Assembly: GCF_037042905.1 (NCBI RefSeq)
Contig: NC_087250.1
Location: 6,450,001 to 6,514,000 of the forward strand
DNA length: 64,000 bases
Direction of reading: 5' to 3'
DNA from: Lytechinus pictus
Lineage: Eukaryota
Shown here: one piece after another, positions 23,233 to 36,293 of the stretch
Layout of the letters: each line of letters begins with the position of its first letter
Numbering within the stretch: the stretch's first letter is position 1
Position numbers and translations under genes: made by a program
Notes under the pieces: model-generated
The model's input: the letters and a program-made list of their open reading frames with translations, nothing else
What the model was told of the DNA's origin: nothing
Database searches by the model: none

Positions 23233-26200
23233 AGGGGTAGTTCACCATGAAAAAAAGTTTCTTGTCAAAATAATAACCAAAAAATATTGCCGAAACTTTG
23301 AGATAAATCAATCGAAGAAATAAAAAGTTATTACAATTTTGATTATTTGGTTTGTGACGTCGTATGCAAGCGGCATTTCCACATAGCGAATAGTAAAAAT
23401 AAAAAAATCAATGAAATGTCATTTAGTCAGAGAATTGAAAATGCTTGTTATTGTACCTGTTCTATGCCAATAAAAAAATCATTTTACACCCGATCATCAA
23501 AATAAAGAAAATAAGTAATGTAGTCCAGGATAAAATGGGTCAAACCTTGTTTTTTTAGATATACAATGTTTTTTGATGATTTCTTGTCAATTCGAGGGTG
23601 CTGATTCCGAATCTGAATGATGTCACTCGTGTAACCTTGAACATTTTTCTGCAAAGTGGCAAAATCCAATCAGGCCGCCAAAATATTCAAATTACCCATG
23701 AAACTCATTAAATTGTCCGCACACTGGCTATAAAGTACATGAAATAATATCTGAAAAAATGATTTTTAACTAAATATTTATTTTCTTGATATTGAAAATG
23801 GCCGCCATAGACCCCTGTACAATATGAAGGGGAAAATAATTTTTACAAAAGTGAGCACTGAAATGCAAGTAATAATGAGTTATGAGTGAAGTAATGTCTG
23901 AAAACATGATTGCTAACGATATACCTCATTTGTCATTTGTTATGTCATGTGTGTGATAATCCTGTATTTTGATATTCAAAATGGCCTCTAAAAGCCCTTA
24001 CACTATTATGTACAATGTGAATAGTGGCAAAAGAAGTCGCAAGAGTGAGCACTAAAATGCATTTTGTTAAGATAAACGAGTGGAATACGGACCAAAACAT
24101 ATTATTATTAATGATATTTATTATTTAACATGCCATTAATGTGATAAATCCTGTATTTTGATATTTAAAATGACCGCCTAAGGCCCTAAGATTATAATGC
24201 ACGATGTGAGAGAGGACAAAAACAATCACAAGGTGAGCACTAGAACGCATGTTTTAGTGGTAAATTAGTGGAATACTGCATTAAAGTATTCAAAATTTCA
24301 AAATGGCCGCCAAAGACATTGACTGTATTATGTACAATCATTCTGGGAAACCATTTTTCACAGAGGTCAGCACCATAAAATACACATAATTTTGATTTAA
24401 GAGTAAAATATTGTCTGAAAACATAATTTCAAACAAGATATATGAATTTTCCTGCCAGATAGGTGATAAATGATTTATTTTGAAAGTCAAAATTGCTGCT
24501 ACAGGCCCTACTGGTAGGCCTTTTATGTACTATGTGAATGTGAACATATAATTTTCAACATAATTTGGCTTTGACTGACTAAATGGTGTTGCATGTATAA
24601 GTGAAATATCGTCTGAAAATATGATATTTAACGAAATAGATAATTTCATATGTTATTTAGGTGATGCATAATATATTTTAAAAATTAAAATGGCTGCAAT
24701 ATGCTTTTTGCGGAAATTATCTTCCCCCATTCAATATTTTCATATTAAGATAAGGTTCTATGGCAACCATTTTTAAATTTTAGATTGCAGCATTCATCAC
24801 CTTTATGACACAAGCTATGATATAATATTTTGTTCGAAATCATTGGGTTTAGACAATACTTAACATTTACATCAAAATTAAGCAATTTTTATCGTAAAAA
24901 TTATGTCAAAATTATGTGCCCCCAGTTATAATGTACCTACTACTTTGGGCTATTGCAACCATTTTTAATTTCAAAATAAGGCCTTTATTACCTTATCGAC
25001 CAATATGTAATGTATTTAGTAAGAAATCATGCTCAAGACAAAATTTTAACTATACATCGCATAGTTACACGTACGTGCGTTTTTGGTTCTCAATTCGGGT
25101 GATAATTAGTTTCCCTATATGCATGTTGCATAATTTATTAAGGGCTTGTATCGGCCGTTTTGAAAGTCAAAATACAGTCACCTACATGGGAGGGGAAATA
25201 CTAATCACGTTTTCAAACAATATTTTCCTTATAAAACAGAATTATATGGATTTCATAGTCAGGCAAATCCTAATTCTTTCAAAAGTATTTGTCCACATTT
25301 ACATTGTAGATAATACTGTAAGGGCCCATAGGGGCCAGTTTGAAATTTACAATACAGCATTTATCTCATGCATGAAAAAAGACATGATATGTTTCGCTAG
25401 AAAACGTGTTTTTAGACAATATTTCACTCGTAAATTACAATTACATTCATTTTATCGTTCTTACTCTTGTAAAAATTAGTTTCTTCGTTTGTATTGTTCA
25501 TAATACAGATAGGGCCTATGGCAGTCATTTTGAATGTCAAAATGCAGCATGATTACCGAAATTGCAAGATAATTTATATGTTTCGTAAGAAATCATTTTT
25601 GTCAGACATTGTTACACCAATATTTCGCAATTATTGGCATTTTATAGTCAAGCAAATTCAAATATTGTGAAAATTATGTGTCCCCTTTTATATATTGTAC
25701 ACAGTATAAGGGGTCTATGACGGCCATTTTGAATATCATGATACAGCATTTATCACATTAGATAGTATACAAATGACATAGTTTTGTTAATAATCGTGTT
25801 TTCATACAGTAGTCCACTTGTAGGTCGCAATCACATGCAGTAATATTGCTCTTGTTTAAAATTTACTTTTCCACATTCATATTCTACATGATAAAGAATA
25901 CAAGGGTTATGGCGGCCATTTAGAATATCAATAGAATAAATATTTTGTCAAATGTCGTTTTTCCAATGAGTATTTCACTTTTGCACAACAACTACATGCA
26001 TTTCATAGTTAATGTGTGGGCAATTTTATGTTTTTCATGGGTAATTTGCATATTTTGGCGGCAATATTGCACTTTGCGAATTTGCGGAAAATGCTCAAGG
26101 TAACAAGAGTGCCATCATTCAGATTCGGAATCAGAACCCCCGAATTGACAAGAACCTTCAAAAAATATTGTATATCTAGGAAAACAAGGTTCGATCCGTT

Positions 26201-26445
26201 CTCTATGGGGCCTATCCTGGACTAATTAGGAAGCATTAACAAATGCCATTCATGCATTTTATATTATTATGGGACAGCTGCCCATTTATGACGTCAAAAA
26301 CTTAAATTCTAATAACTTTATTACTATTTAACGGATTTCCCCCCAAACATTCACCGATATTTTTATTTTATTTTTATTTTTTATTTTTTTTGTTGGGGGG
26401 GGGGCTATTTTTACAACAAATCTTTCTTCAGGGTGAACTTCCCCT
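23233..26445. mobile_element. Kolobok-like non-autonomous element carrying a nested 2.7-kb insertion
   Basis: TTAA|AGGGGTAGTTCACCATGA ... TCAGGGTGAACTTCCCCT|cataa; the right TTAA is degenerate. Confidence 0.7.
23521..26224. mobile_element. 2.7-kb foldback non-autonomous DNA transposon with Academ-like termini
   Basis: TAGTCCAGGATA...TATCCTGGACTA, about 180-bp imperfect TIRs, mirrored internal repeats of about 190 bp; possible degenerate 3-bp TSD (ATG/ATT); superfamily tentative. Confidence 0.8.
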
Positions 26446-28840
26446 CATAAGAGCTGTTAGAATAACAAAACCGACACAGACCATCTGTAACTACCGAAAT
26501 GGCAAAATCACTAATCATAAAAAGTAGGAATCTGAAATTAATAAGAATAAATGCAAACAACATCGTGTGGTTGTTTTTTTCAGACAGTTAAAGCAAGAAG
26601 TAATATACTTTACGAAAAGAGTAGTACAACGTACTCTATAATTACATATGCAAAAATATTAAATCAATTAAAGGAAATCTCTAGAGTATGATTGAATTGA
26701 CAGAATATTCTGGTAAAAATATGTTTTCATTTTCTTCTCAATTTCTAGAAAAAAACTATAAAACATATCTATCATGAAGTTCTTTGTTGTAAATGTTATA
26801 CAACCAAATGTATAGAACCTGCCAGCCAAAATTTGATTGTTTTTTTGCCAATAATGAGTTGTCCAATTTGTATCAATAGTGAAAGAGTATATTTTATACG
26901 TTTTAAATTGATAAAAGAACTCGTCAATTTGGTTGCCAATATCCCACACAAGGATAGGTGAATTTATCTATTGAAAAAATAGAATTAAATAATTCATTTG
27001 TATAAAAATGTATTGCACGTTAGTTCATATGAATAGATTATGCTAATATATTCATTAAAATACATTTTTTGGCTCTGATTCATTAGATAACGAGCCTAGA
27101 AGGCAATCTATTGTGAAAGTGGTCTGTATCTTATTGCATTCGTAACATAAGTAAACTATAAACAAATCCGTTACCAAATTCAATTTCATATGTATTTCTT
27201 TTGTTATTAATATGTTATGTAGTTTTTTTTTTTTTGGCTCTTTTTATATTAATTGCTGTCCAACAAATATCGTCTGTTATATTATTTTGGCCAAAATTTA
27301 ATAGCATTGAATCTTAAAGACTGCTCTAAATAATAAGGTTTTACAGTTATGTCTAGGGATTCAATCTTAGATATAAGATTTGTTTATTTATCTCAGCTAT
27401 ATGAAAAGCTCACTTGCAAAAGGGGTTAGGTGCATTTTTATCAAATTTGATTTTTATGTCTTAATGTATAGATTTTTAGTAGCTCTATTAACTCTTACTG
27501 TGCCAGTACGAATACCCTTTGACTGCCAAGGGTATTCGAGGGAATCCTAAATTGACCGAAACGTAAGCAGAGACTGATTTTAAAACGGTCATAACTCTTT
27601 ACCCGTACATTGTTTAATAAAACCTTCTACACACGAAATCATGCATGGTACATGAACTTTATGATCGTGTTATTATCTTTCTTATTCGCAGTTTTAAAAA
27701 AATGAGAAAAAATTAATATTTTACGTTTTTTTTTTTTCAATAAGTAAAACCTAGAAATTATAATTTCATGAATATTTCAACGAGCAAATAACCTGATGAA
27801 TTGTAGAGATACCAGGAAATTAAGATGATAGAATAAAAGTTCAATGTTTACCCTTTTAAATGACGTAGATATTGATGAAATTAAACGAACAGAAATAACA
27901 AAAAATAATGCTCTTTTGAATGAAATACTATTTTGGCTATTTAAGTTGCTTCCTCTGAAGAATACACACACAATTGAAAGCGTTCTTTTTCAAAAATGGG
28001 CATCGTCTTCGATCAAGTGACCAATCGTAGAACAGCTCTGATCCCCACGCGAACACACACAATAATATATCAGAACCCTGTATCTTCAAAGTGTGGCCAA
28101 CCGTATACTTTTATTCGTGTAGTCTTCAAAATAAGACCCTGTGTATTTTTATTCGTAGTGTAACAAACAAAGTTATTGCCAGTCAGGAGACAAAATATAA
28201 ATTTAAAGATGATATATCAAAATATAGATAAAGAGGGAACGGACAGATTCACTACTAACAAATTTGGGGTATAAAATCCCACAAAATGATAAGCGTTCTT
28301 GGCAAAGTACAAAAAAGCAAGAAAAAAAAACCGTTTATTTTTCGTGAATCAAAGAAGAGGAAATGCAGATCAGTTACAAACAAAAATTCAATACAAATTT
28401 TCAAAAAAGAAAATAGGCCTATTTGTTCTGTATTACTGGTCTGACCAATGTAGCCACCTGTTAACATTCTCTGCGACTACATTCTTTTGTTCATGCCACC
28501 AAGTCATGAACAATAGATGCCCAGACTCTCTTTCATGAGGAATCTCTAATCCGCGCTCCCTCCTGACCTATTATCTAGGATAGCAATTTAGCACAGGATG
28601 TTCTTAGAAATCGGGGCTCACGCACGTCTTTTGATTTGACTATTCAATACTTTCAAAGGTTCCGATATTTATTTCTTTTTACATTTTACTTTTTTGTGGG
28701 TGACCCAGGTAAAAAGAAAACAATTAGCCCCCCCCCCCTACATACAAATCCGGCATCCACCCAGGGTCTCCCCAGCTCGTAGCACTATCCGTAGTAAAAA
28801 AAGAATAATTTGTTCAGATAACATGATGTACAATATATAA

Positions 28841-29033
28841 AGGCCTGGTCACACCGCCCGAGCGTTGTTGGAGCGGAGAGAAAAAATCATCACCGCTCGT
28901 TACTGTTCACCATTTTCGATATCGATTTTTTTTTTTTTTTTTTCGATTCCCCAATTTTGTGAGCGAAATTCGACCCTCTCTCCCTACCGCTCCACGACCA
29001 CTCCAGCAACGCTCGGGGGGTGTGACCAAGCCT
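28841..29033. mobile_element. PIF/Harbinger-like MITE (193 bp, TAA TSD)
   Basis: TAA|AGGCCTGGTCACACCGCCCGAGCGTTGTTGGAG ... CTCCAGCAACGCTCGGGGGGTGTGACCAAGCCT|TAA. Confidence 0.85.
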
Positions 29034-29598
29034 TAAGAAATTCAATATTCAACCCGTTATCGTCATCATTTTCATTTCTACTCTCTAAAGTCGTTTTAAA
29101 ATCTCCTTGATAGTGAAGTCAATGCAGCAACTAACAGGTCGGTCTGATCGGTTTTGTTAATGTAACTGGCAGCTGTCCCGCCTTATCCCTTTCTTTATTT
29201 TCCTCAAAACATCTGATATTGCTGTACATACTCCGTTTACATTTTCTATTACCAATGGTTGGATTTAGTAAAGAAAAAAACATCCACTTTGAAAAAAGAG
29301 ATAAATCTTTAGAGGAATAAAGCGTTATTATCACATTTTTTGCTTCTTCCTATTTTATTCGAGGAGAATATTGAACGATTCACATCTTTGTAAGAAGTTT
29401 AATATGATACTGATAAGCATAACAATGTCAATCATTTCTTTAAAAATGGTTTGGGTTATAAAAAGACAAACGAATATGGCCCGTTATTTACCAGATCTTA
29501 ACTTTATGAAGAGAGAGTTTGGCTGCAGAAGAAATGCAATTGGTATGATCACAACAATTATTTTTGAATGATGATGACTCTGATCGCAATAACATTAA

Positions 29599-30159
29599 AG
29601 TGATTAAAGGAAAATATTCATATCTTTATACATATAATAGAATTCACTGAGCAAAATGCCGAAAATTTCATCAAAATCGGATAACAAATTGTAAAGTTAT
29701 TAAATTTAGTAATATTTTGTGAAAAAGAGTCGTCATGAATATTCATTAGATGGGCTGGTGATGTCACATCCCCACTTTCCGTTTTCTTATGTTATTACAT
29801 AAAATCATAATTATTTCATTATTTCATACTTGTGTGAATAATATGTCTCCCTTATAATGAAATAAATATCTAATGCATTAAATCAGTTGTCAATTCAATT
29901 TTTCTAGTGCTTGGAGGAAAAAAAGATTGAATAAACCTAATTTCATATAATAAAATACAAAAGATCAAGTGGAGATATGACATCATCAGCCCACCTAATG
30001 AATATTCATGACGACTGTTTTCACAAAATATTGCTAAACTTTAAAATTCAATAACTTTATTATTTTATTATCCGATTTTGATGAAAATTTTCAGTATTTT
30101 GCTTAGTGAATTATGCTCTATTTATAAAAATATAAATACTTTCAGCCCAGACAATCCCT
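29599..30159. mobile_element. Palindromic Kolobok-like MITE; second copy at about 36855-37415
   Basis: Long inverted arms (TTTCATCAAAATCGGATAA / TTATCCGATTTTGATGAAA; GTCGTCATGAATATTCATTAG); right end ...CAATCCCT|TTAA. Confidence 0.75.
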
Positions 30160-31698
30160 TTAATAATAATAAGAAGAAGGTGAAGGAGAAGAATAATGAT
30201 AATAATAATTACAATAACAATAACAATAATGATAATAATGATCATGATGATAATCATACTAATAATGATAATAATAATGACAATAATACATGAATAAATA
30301 AATAATGTGTGATGATTGTAGTGCGCAGACGAGAGTTGGAAATGACAGCCTTCTTTATTCATATATTCATAGCGAGAACAATTGTTTGAGAATGCTAAAA
30401 ACAAAGTATAAGACCTTTCTCCCGCCCCCCCCCCCAAAAAAAAAAAAAAAAAAAAAAATCTTCTACAAATCGTGCACATTTGCAGGCAGAAAAAAGCCTT
30501 GACACAAGAATACTACCATACCGGCTTGCAAAAGACCCGATCGATAGCTCATGAATATTCATGTAACAATAGCGAATGGGCGAGAAGTGTTGGGTGAGGA
30601 ACATCGTACCACTCTGTCATTTGTCAATTCCGAGCTGAATGCCTTCGCACATTCGCCTTTGCTCTGCCCACAGAAGTACGTGTATTGCTACACACAACCG
30701 TTATATCACACGTGTCTATAGGGGAAATCTCGATTCAGATCGCGGCAATATCCGAAATCAACTCTTCAAAATATTGATGCAAAAATACAATTTTACTCAA
30801 AAAAATGTCTATGTAAACCACTATTTTTTATATGATGAAATGAATTGTGTATTCCTTGCCAGTATAACAACATAAAAAGCACAGAACATGGTGTTGATTT
30901 TCTGGCTGTAAAATTGGTTAAACAAAAAAAAAAGTTACTTGGGCACGTATACATGCCAATGGCATTAGAGGCCTAAGGGCACAAATAGCTGTCAATGGCT
31001 CTTAAAGAGTTAAATTATACCAAAGAAAAGTTCAAAATTCTTATTAAAACGTGAACTAAAATGGCAAAGAAAAATACTTTTTTTTAAATGGGTTATTTCC
31101 TATTTCAGTTTAGTTGCAAAGGGGTTAGGTCCACACAGATTTTTTTTTTTTGGAAAAGAATAAAAATTTTGAAAACAGGTAGATTTCTCTTATAACCAAT
31201 TGTATGTACTCATGGTAGGGTATCATAAAAATTCAGTTTCGCATAAGAATATTGCAATATGGGAGAATTAAAAATAAACGATTTTCTTGGAGTGGACCTA
31301 ACCCCTTTTGCAACTAAACTCTTCTAAAGAATTCATTTGTCAAAAGGGGTTTGGTACATTTTTAATAAATTTTATTGTTTTCTGTCTCTAAACCTCTAAA
31401 TTTTCAATAGTCACTCTGATGATACCAAAAACAATTGGAAATTCAAATGAAAACGTGAATGAAAGTGGCAAAGAAAAAAAAAATCGCTTTTTTTAATCAA
31501 AAGCGATTGGATTCATTTCAATTTCCTTGCAAAAGGGGTTAGGTCCTTAATGACAATTATTTTTTTAATTATAGAAAAAAAATGAAGACAGGTAGATGTC
31601 TTTTATACCCAATTTTATGTTCACATGATAGGGTAGGACATTTGATTTAATATAGCTTAATCATCATATACACTAATTTGTTTCCATTTTTTCTTCAG

Positions 31699-32219
31699 AT
31701 TAGTAAACATAAGCCTGGTAATGACGTAAATGATGAGATGACTATCAGGTTGTGGAGCTGTCTGAGATCCTTCAACTTACTGACCCATCTAAGCATCTCA
31801 GACTCATCTCTCAGTTTCCCTCCATCACCCCCTCAACTACTATCCGTCACAGCGCTAACAGCTGAGAGAGTGACGTCACAATGCTATGAAGGACTGATCT
31901 CATCGCTCCCTGGCTTGGAAGATATCGATATCGCTATCGATGATGCAGAGGGAGACATACCCCAGATCACGGCTGGTCTTCGTCGGACAGGAGGACAGAA
32001 CCTCACACGCATCAAACTTTGCGCACCGCAATCAATCTCATCAGAAAATAAGTCTATATCGAGAGAGACCGTGAGAGGACTGGGTCTGCTGATCAGACAA
32101 CACACCAAGAACTTGCAGTGGATTGGTTTGTCTGGTGTTATTGGTTTGAATGAAGAAGATCTTGCTGAATTCCTTGAGTCGTCGACATCTTTGGCATCAT
32201 TGGCTCATCTGAATCTAGA
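31699..32219 (+). CDS. Large LRR exon B1 (521 nt, phase 0 to 2)
   Basis: ttcttcag / gtgagt; LTHLSIS, LEDIDIA, LTRIKLC, LQWIGLS, LAHLNL. Confidence 0.9.
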
Positions 32220-33013
32220 GTGAGTCATTTTTTTAAATTTTAATCAACCATACAGCTTTATCTCTTGCCGATATCAACAGTTACTGTCACTGTACGGAAT
32301 GTCAGAAAACAAGGTACATTGTATTTGTTTTTTTATTTCAGGTTTAATTTCCGCAGGGTATTCCTTTCAGTTATAGAACTGATTTACAAAGAGGCCCTTC
32401 AACGATGAAAAGAACATACATATTTTACAATGGACATATAAACAGGATAAAATCATACTATGAAAACAATATTAGGAAACATATACATGCAAAAACAAAA
32501 ACAAATATATAAGAAAACAAGGTACATGTATAGATAGATATTTGCTTCCATAACAGCATGTTAGATCTAGTCTGCTATGCAGACTCTGAATGGCTCGTAA
32601 AGTGGGATCTGCAGCTGGTTTGCGAAGCAAACCAGCCTGAAAGGGCGAGCGAAGCGAGCCACTTCCACATCTGTAGCTCCAGTAGACCTAGTCTGCTATG
32701 CAGACTCCTTGAATCAGCTCAGCTGCTGTGATACACACACTGCAGATGTGGGTCTACATTTGTAGACTTTGTTAGATCCATGTTAACAGGAAGGCGACTC
32801 TGACTTGTAAATTGTAACTTAGATCGGCTACAAAGATTTGGCACATAATTTAGTCCGTCTTTTTTTTAATATTACTAAATTGACTTTGCAGCAGCCATTC
32901 GGATGTCCTCAGAATAGCTCGAAACCATAACCTACATCCCTCTGACCCTATCTATATCGGGAGTGACAAAAGCAATTTGAAGTAAAACAATAGTAGTAGT
33001 ACTACTACTACTA

Positions 33014-33048
<35 letters not shown>

Positions 33049-33221
33049 CGCAGTAGTAGTAGAATAATGATATTAGCAATAACAATACTTAATTGCCCAG
33101 GTGCTCTCTGCGTTATTACGACATTAATTTCACGATGATTTATGTGGTTGGCAAAATAAATATATGCCCCCATATTTGTGGCTTATCTGTATTATGTCTT
33201 CCCACTTGAAGAGGTCCGTAA

Positions 33222-33522
33222 ATACTACTAATAATAATACATGTGATTTGTAATGTGCCAAATCCACTCTGCAGAGTGCCCAAGGCGCAGTAAAAGAAAA
33301 AGAGATAGAGAACAGTACAAATAAAAAAGATAAATTAAGGAACAATCAAGAACAGGAAGCATTAAACAGACGAGGTGCAATCACGGATAAGCAGGGGAAG
33401 GTCATTCCAGTGAACAGGGCCAGCGTGAGCAAAAGCCCGTGCCCCCATCTCTTAGCAGATAAGGGAACAGCTAAGAAACCAGAGTTGGATGAACGAAGGG
33501 ACCTGACAGGAGTGTATTTGTT
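33222..33522 (-). mobile_element. 5'-truncated L2 3'-end fragment; second copy at about 40675-40985
   Basis: Minus strand encodes KYTPVRSLRSS..FLAVP...GARAFAHAGPVHWNDLP (one small indel), followed by a GCGCCTTG...ATTACAAAT...(TAT)n tail typical of L2. Confidence 0.85.
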
Positions 33523-34311
33523 AATCTAATTAGTATCGTGGAGCAGAATAAATAATTGCAAAGAATACTAGAAGGTCAACTGAGGGCCTACGAGACCGCT
33601 GTTATTTAATTGCTTTATGTTACTAATATCGAATGGTAGTCAATTGCATAAGAAGATTTTACCACATTACCCATATAAATGTAAACAATTTAAAGTCTAC
33701 AATCATTATTACCTTTTGATACCGGCACAGAGTAAAATAACCTCAAGGCACTCGTTGAAGTTTTATTAACAACCCTAAAAGGAACATTCACGATTAGCTA
33801 CTTAAAGAATGTTTATCCAGAAAAAATACCTCAGCAGAATAATCTCCGGGATGTAATAAATTTTTTATTTTTTTTTCTTTGGGGGCGGGGGGGGGGGGCA
33901 GACATGACGAATGGAACCAAAACAAATATTTTCAAACAATCTGGGAGTTAGCAAAACTATTTTTGATACAAAAATATAATTTGGTCATATGGATTTCGGC
34001 ATATTATTCAGAAAATAATATAATTTTCACGTTGTTCCTTTCCATTTTTCTCAAAGTTCCGGGGGCCATGACCCGCATGTCCTTCCTATCTGTACTTTAG
34101 TGGCGAAAACGATTTAAGTAGTTGATGAAAAGTTCAACGTTATATGAGCTTACGATTTCGACGGCATAAACACATCAATCGTTTTGTGCATCAGTGGTAT
34201 CAGGATCAAAATCGACATCAAGATTCCGATGACACAGGTTCTCACCTGAATAATGTGCCACTATTTTCCCTCTAACCAATTTCGATTTTCTATATTATTA
34301 CCATTATACAG

Positions 34312-34360
34312 ATGTCTTCATAGTTGGTGTTTCAACTTTGATGAACTGTCAGGCGTTCAG
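34312..34360 (+). CDS. 49-nt micro-exon b1 (CLHSWCFNFDELSGVQ)
   Basis: tatacag / gtaggt; phase 2 to 0. Confidence 0.87.
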
Positions 34361-34912
34361 GTAGGTATATTGTCATGATTGTGTCGGTCCTGTACTTACC
34401 GAATATCGCCTTGAATTCCAAAGATGTTTTAACCAACTTATATCAGGCTAAGTGATATATGGGTATAAGAATATAGGAATATATTCCTATATCAACAATT
34501 GATTTTAAAAAATCGTCATTAAAAAGATTTTTTTTTAAATATATGTTTGGTGGGGACACATTATTGCCATGGTCCAATTGAAATGTTATATTTTCAGATT
34601 TGCGAAACAAAATCCTTTTAAACATAATCTTCATTGATGAGTTTTATATTTCACAGGTTTTTTGTGTTTTTTGTTTATATTTCTGTTATTTTAAAATATC
34701 TGATTAATTTCAAACAGATGTAAAGCTTTGTTGATTGGTCAGTAATGTAAACCTTATTCGAATATTTCATTAGCTATTCAATGCTTTTTTCCCCCAGTAG
34801 AATATAAATTTGGCATTTTTTCGCCCCATATGAAGAAATTTAGATCTGGTGTCCTGTTTTTGATGCTTTCATGTTTATTTGAAATAGCAGTTAGAATACC
34901 TTCCTTACATAT

Positions 34913-35573
34913 CGTCGGCGTTCATCCGAACCGTCGTATCAGTCAATTTTTGTCAAAAAAATCGATTTTGAGATATTTGCAGAAAATTAATGTACAAGTC
35001 CTATTCAATTCATAAATTAATTTCTAGGCAGCAATTTATTTTAGTTTGTGAGATATGATGGAATTTTCACGGCGATGACATACATTTTTTTTTATTAAAT
35101 GCGCAAATCCCATTGGAAACGTGTACTGTAACAGAGCGATACGACGTTTTGACTGACCGCGATTTCAGTGCGCGCGGTCAACCAAACTGTCTATCGGCCA
35201 TCTGCGCTGCATTGACTTTGCACGTGAAAAGCGATACGACGTTTTGACTGACCGCGCGCATTCAAATCGCGGTCAGGGTTGTTGTTTTCCCTATGGCGTT
35301 TTCGTACAGGGGAAATCTAAACCGCTCAAACCGAAATTACAAGCCCGGAGCTCTTTTGAGATATTTTCTATAATTCTTGGTTTTGTGCAAAGATAAGGAT
35401 ACCATTGTCAAGCAATTACCTTGGTCTTTCCAACCATGTATTTTTCTAGCAATGAATATGCTGGAAGCCCGGAGAACTAAGTGTGACAATTATAGTAACT
35501 TTAAAGTCGATTTTCTCTGAAATGGGTTTTCAACCTTCGTATGTGGATACGTCGGTTTGGATGACCGCCGACG
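34913..35573. mobile_element. 661-bp non-autonomous TIR element with ATAT TSD (alternatively TA); possibly Sola1-like
   Basis: 28-bp TIRs CGTCGGCGTTCATCCGAACCGTCGTATC with 3 mismatches; the empty site TTACATATGTATT is present in the duplicate at about 42348-42360. Confidence 0.9.
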
Positions 35574-36110
35574 ATATGTATTGATTGGATATTAGAAAGC
35601 GACTTAAGAAGATTGGCTGAGATTTTCAACCAATCCCATGATCGAGACTTTACTTAGTCAAGTCAAGAATACGCGAGGGGGTAGGTTGCATCGTTTTGGA
35701 TTAAGGCTTTTATTTAAATCGTTTAATTCACTTAATTATTGACCCTACTAATTTTTATCTAAAAAAAATCACACCACAACCATTTTGGGAGCACATGCAT
35801 TAAGAAGGTATGGTAAACACATTGTATAATGACACACGATTTCGGGGATTCAGCTAATCAAAAGATTCGCTTCTATTTTTTTGTGAAAAAAAAAAGTTAT
35901 CCATATATCACTTTCAACAGGATTTCCCCCAGAATGTCTCCCTTTAATTGATTTTTTTTTAAAGTGTATAGATATTTTTTTTTTTGCTGAAATACCTGCA
36001 ATTTTCTTCATGAAATGCATAAAACTGTTGAGAATAAACATTATCGTAAACTTATCGGTTTAACACAACATAATTGTTATTCATCTTTTCTATATTATAT
36101 TTTCCTTCAG

Positions 36111-36293
36111 ATTACCAAATGTTGTTGGAGCGGAGAGAAAAAATCATCACCGCTCGTTACTGTTCACCATTTTCGATATCGATTTTTTTTTTTTTTTTTT
36201 CGATTCCCCAATTTTGTGAGCGAAATTCGACCCTCTCTCCCTACCGTTCCACGACCACTCCAGCAACGCTCGGGGGGTGTGACCAAGCCTTAA
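36111..36293 (+). other. Chimeric pseudo-exon at the duplication junction: intact acceptor, 5 LRR codons, then MITE sequence to a stop
   Basis: tttccttcag|ATTACCAAATGTTGT matches the exon C1 start and then switches to the 28864 MITE sequence; TAA at 36291-36293. Confidence 0.75.

Larger units (their letters stand above)
27492..31009. mobile_element. piggyBac-like non-autonomous element with TTAA flanks
   Basis: TTAA|CTCTT...AAGAG|TTAA; the joined flanks resemble the uninterrupted repeat unit at about 31390-31480. Confidence 0.55.

Noticed and set aside
24916..25479. 187-aa ORF as a transposase
   Set aside because: No recognisable catalytic motifs; it lies in the mirrored repeat arm of a non-autonomous element
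30078..30479. Asn-rich or Ile-rich ORFs (also 37334-37660, the poly-Leu ORF at 32952 and poly-Ser/Phe ORFs at 50115-50503)
   Set aside because: Trinucleotide microsatellites
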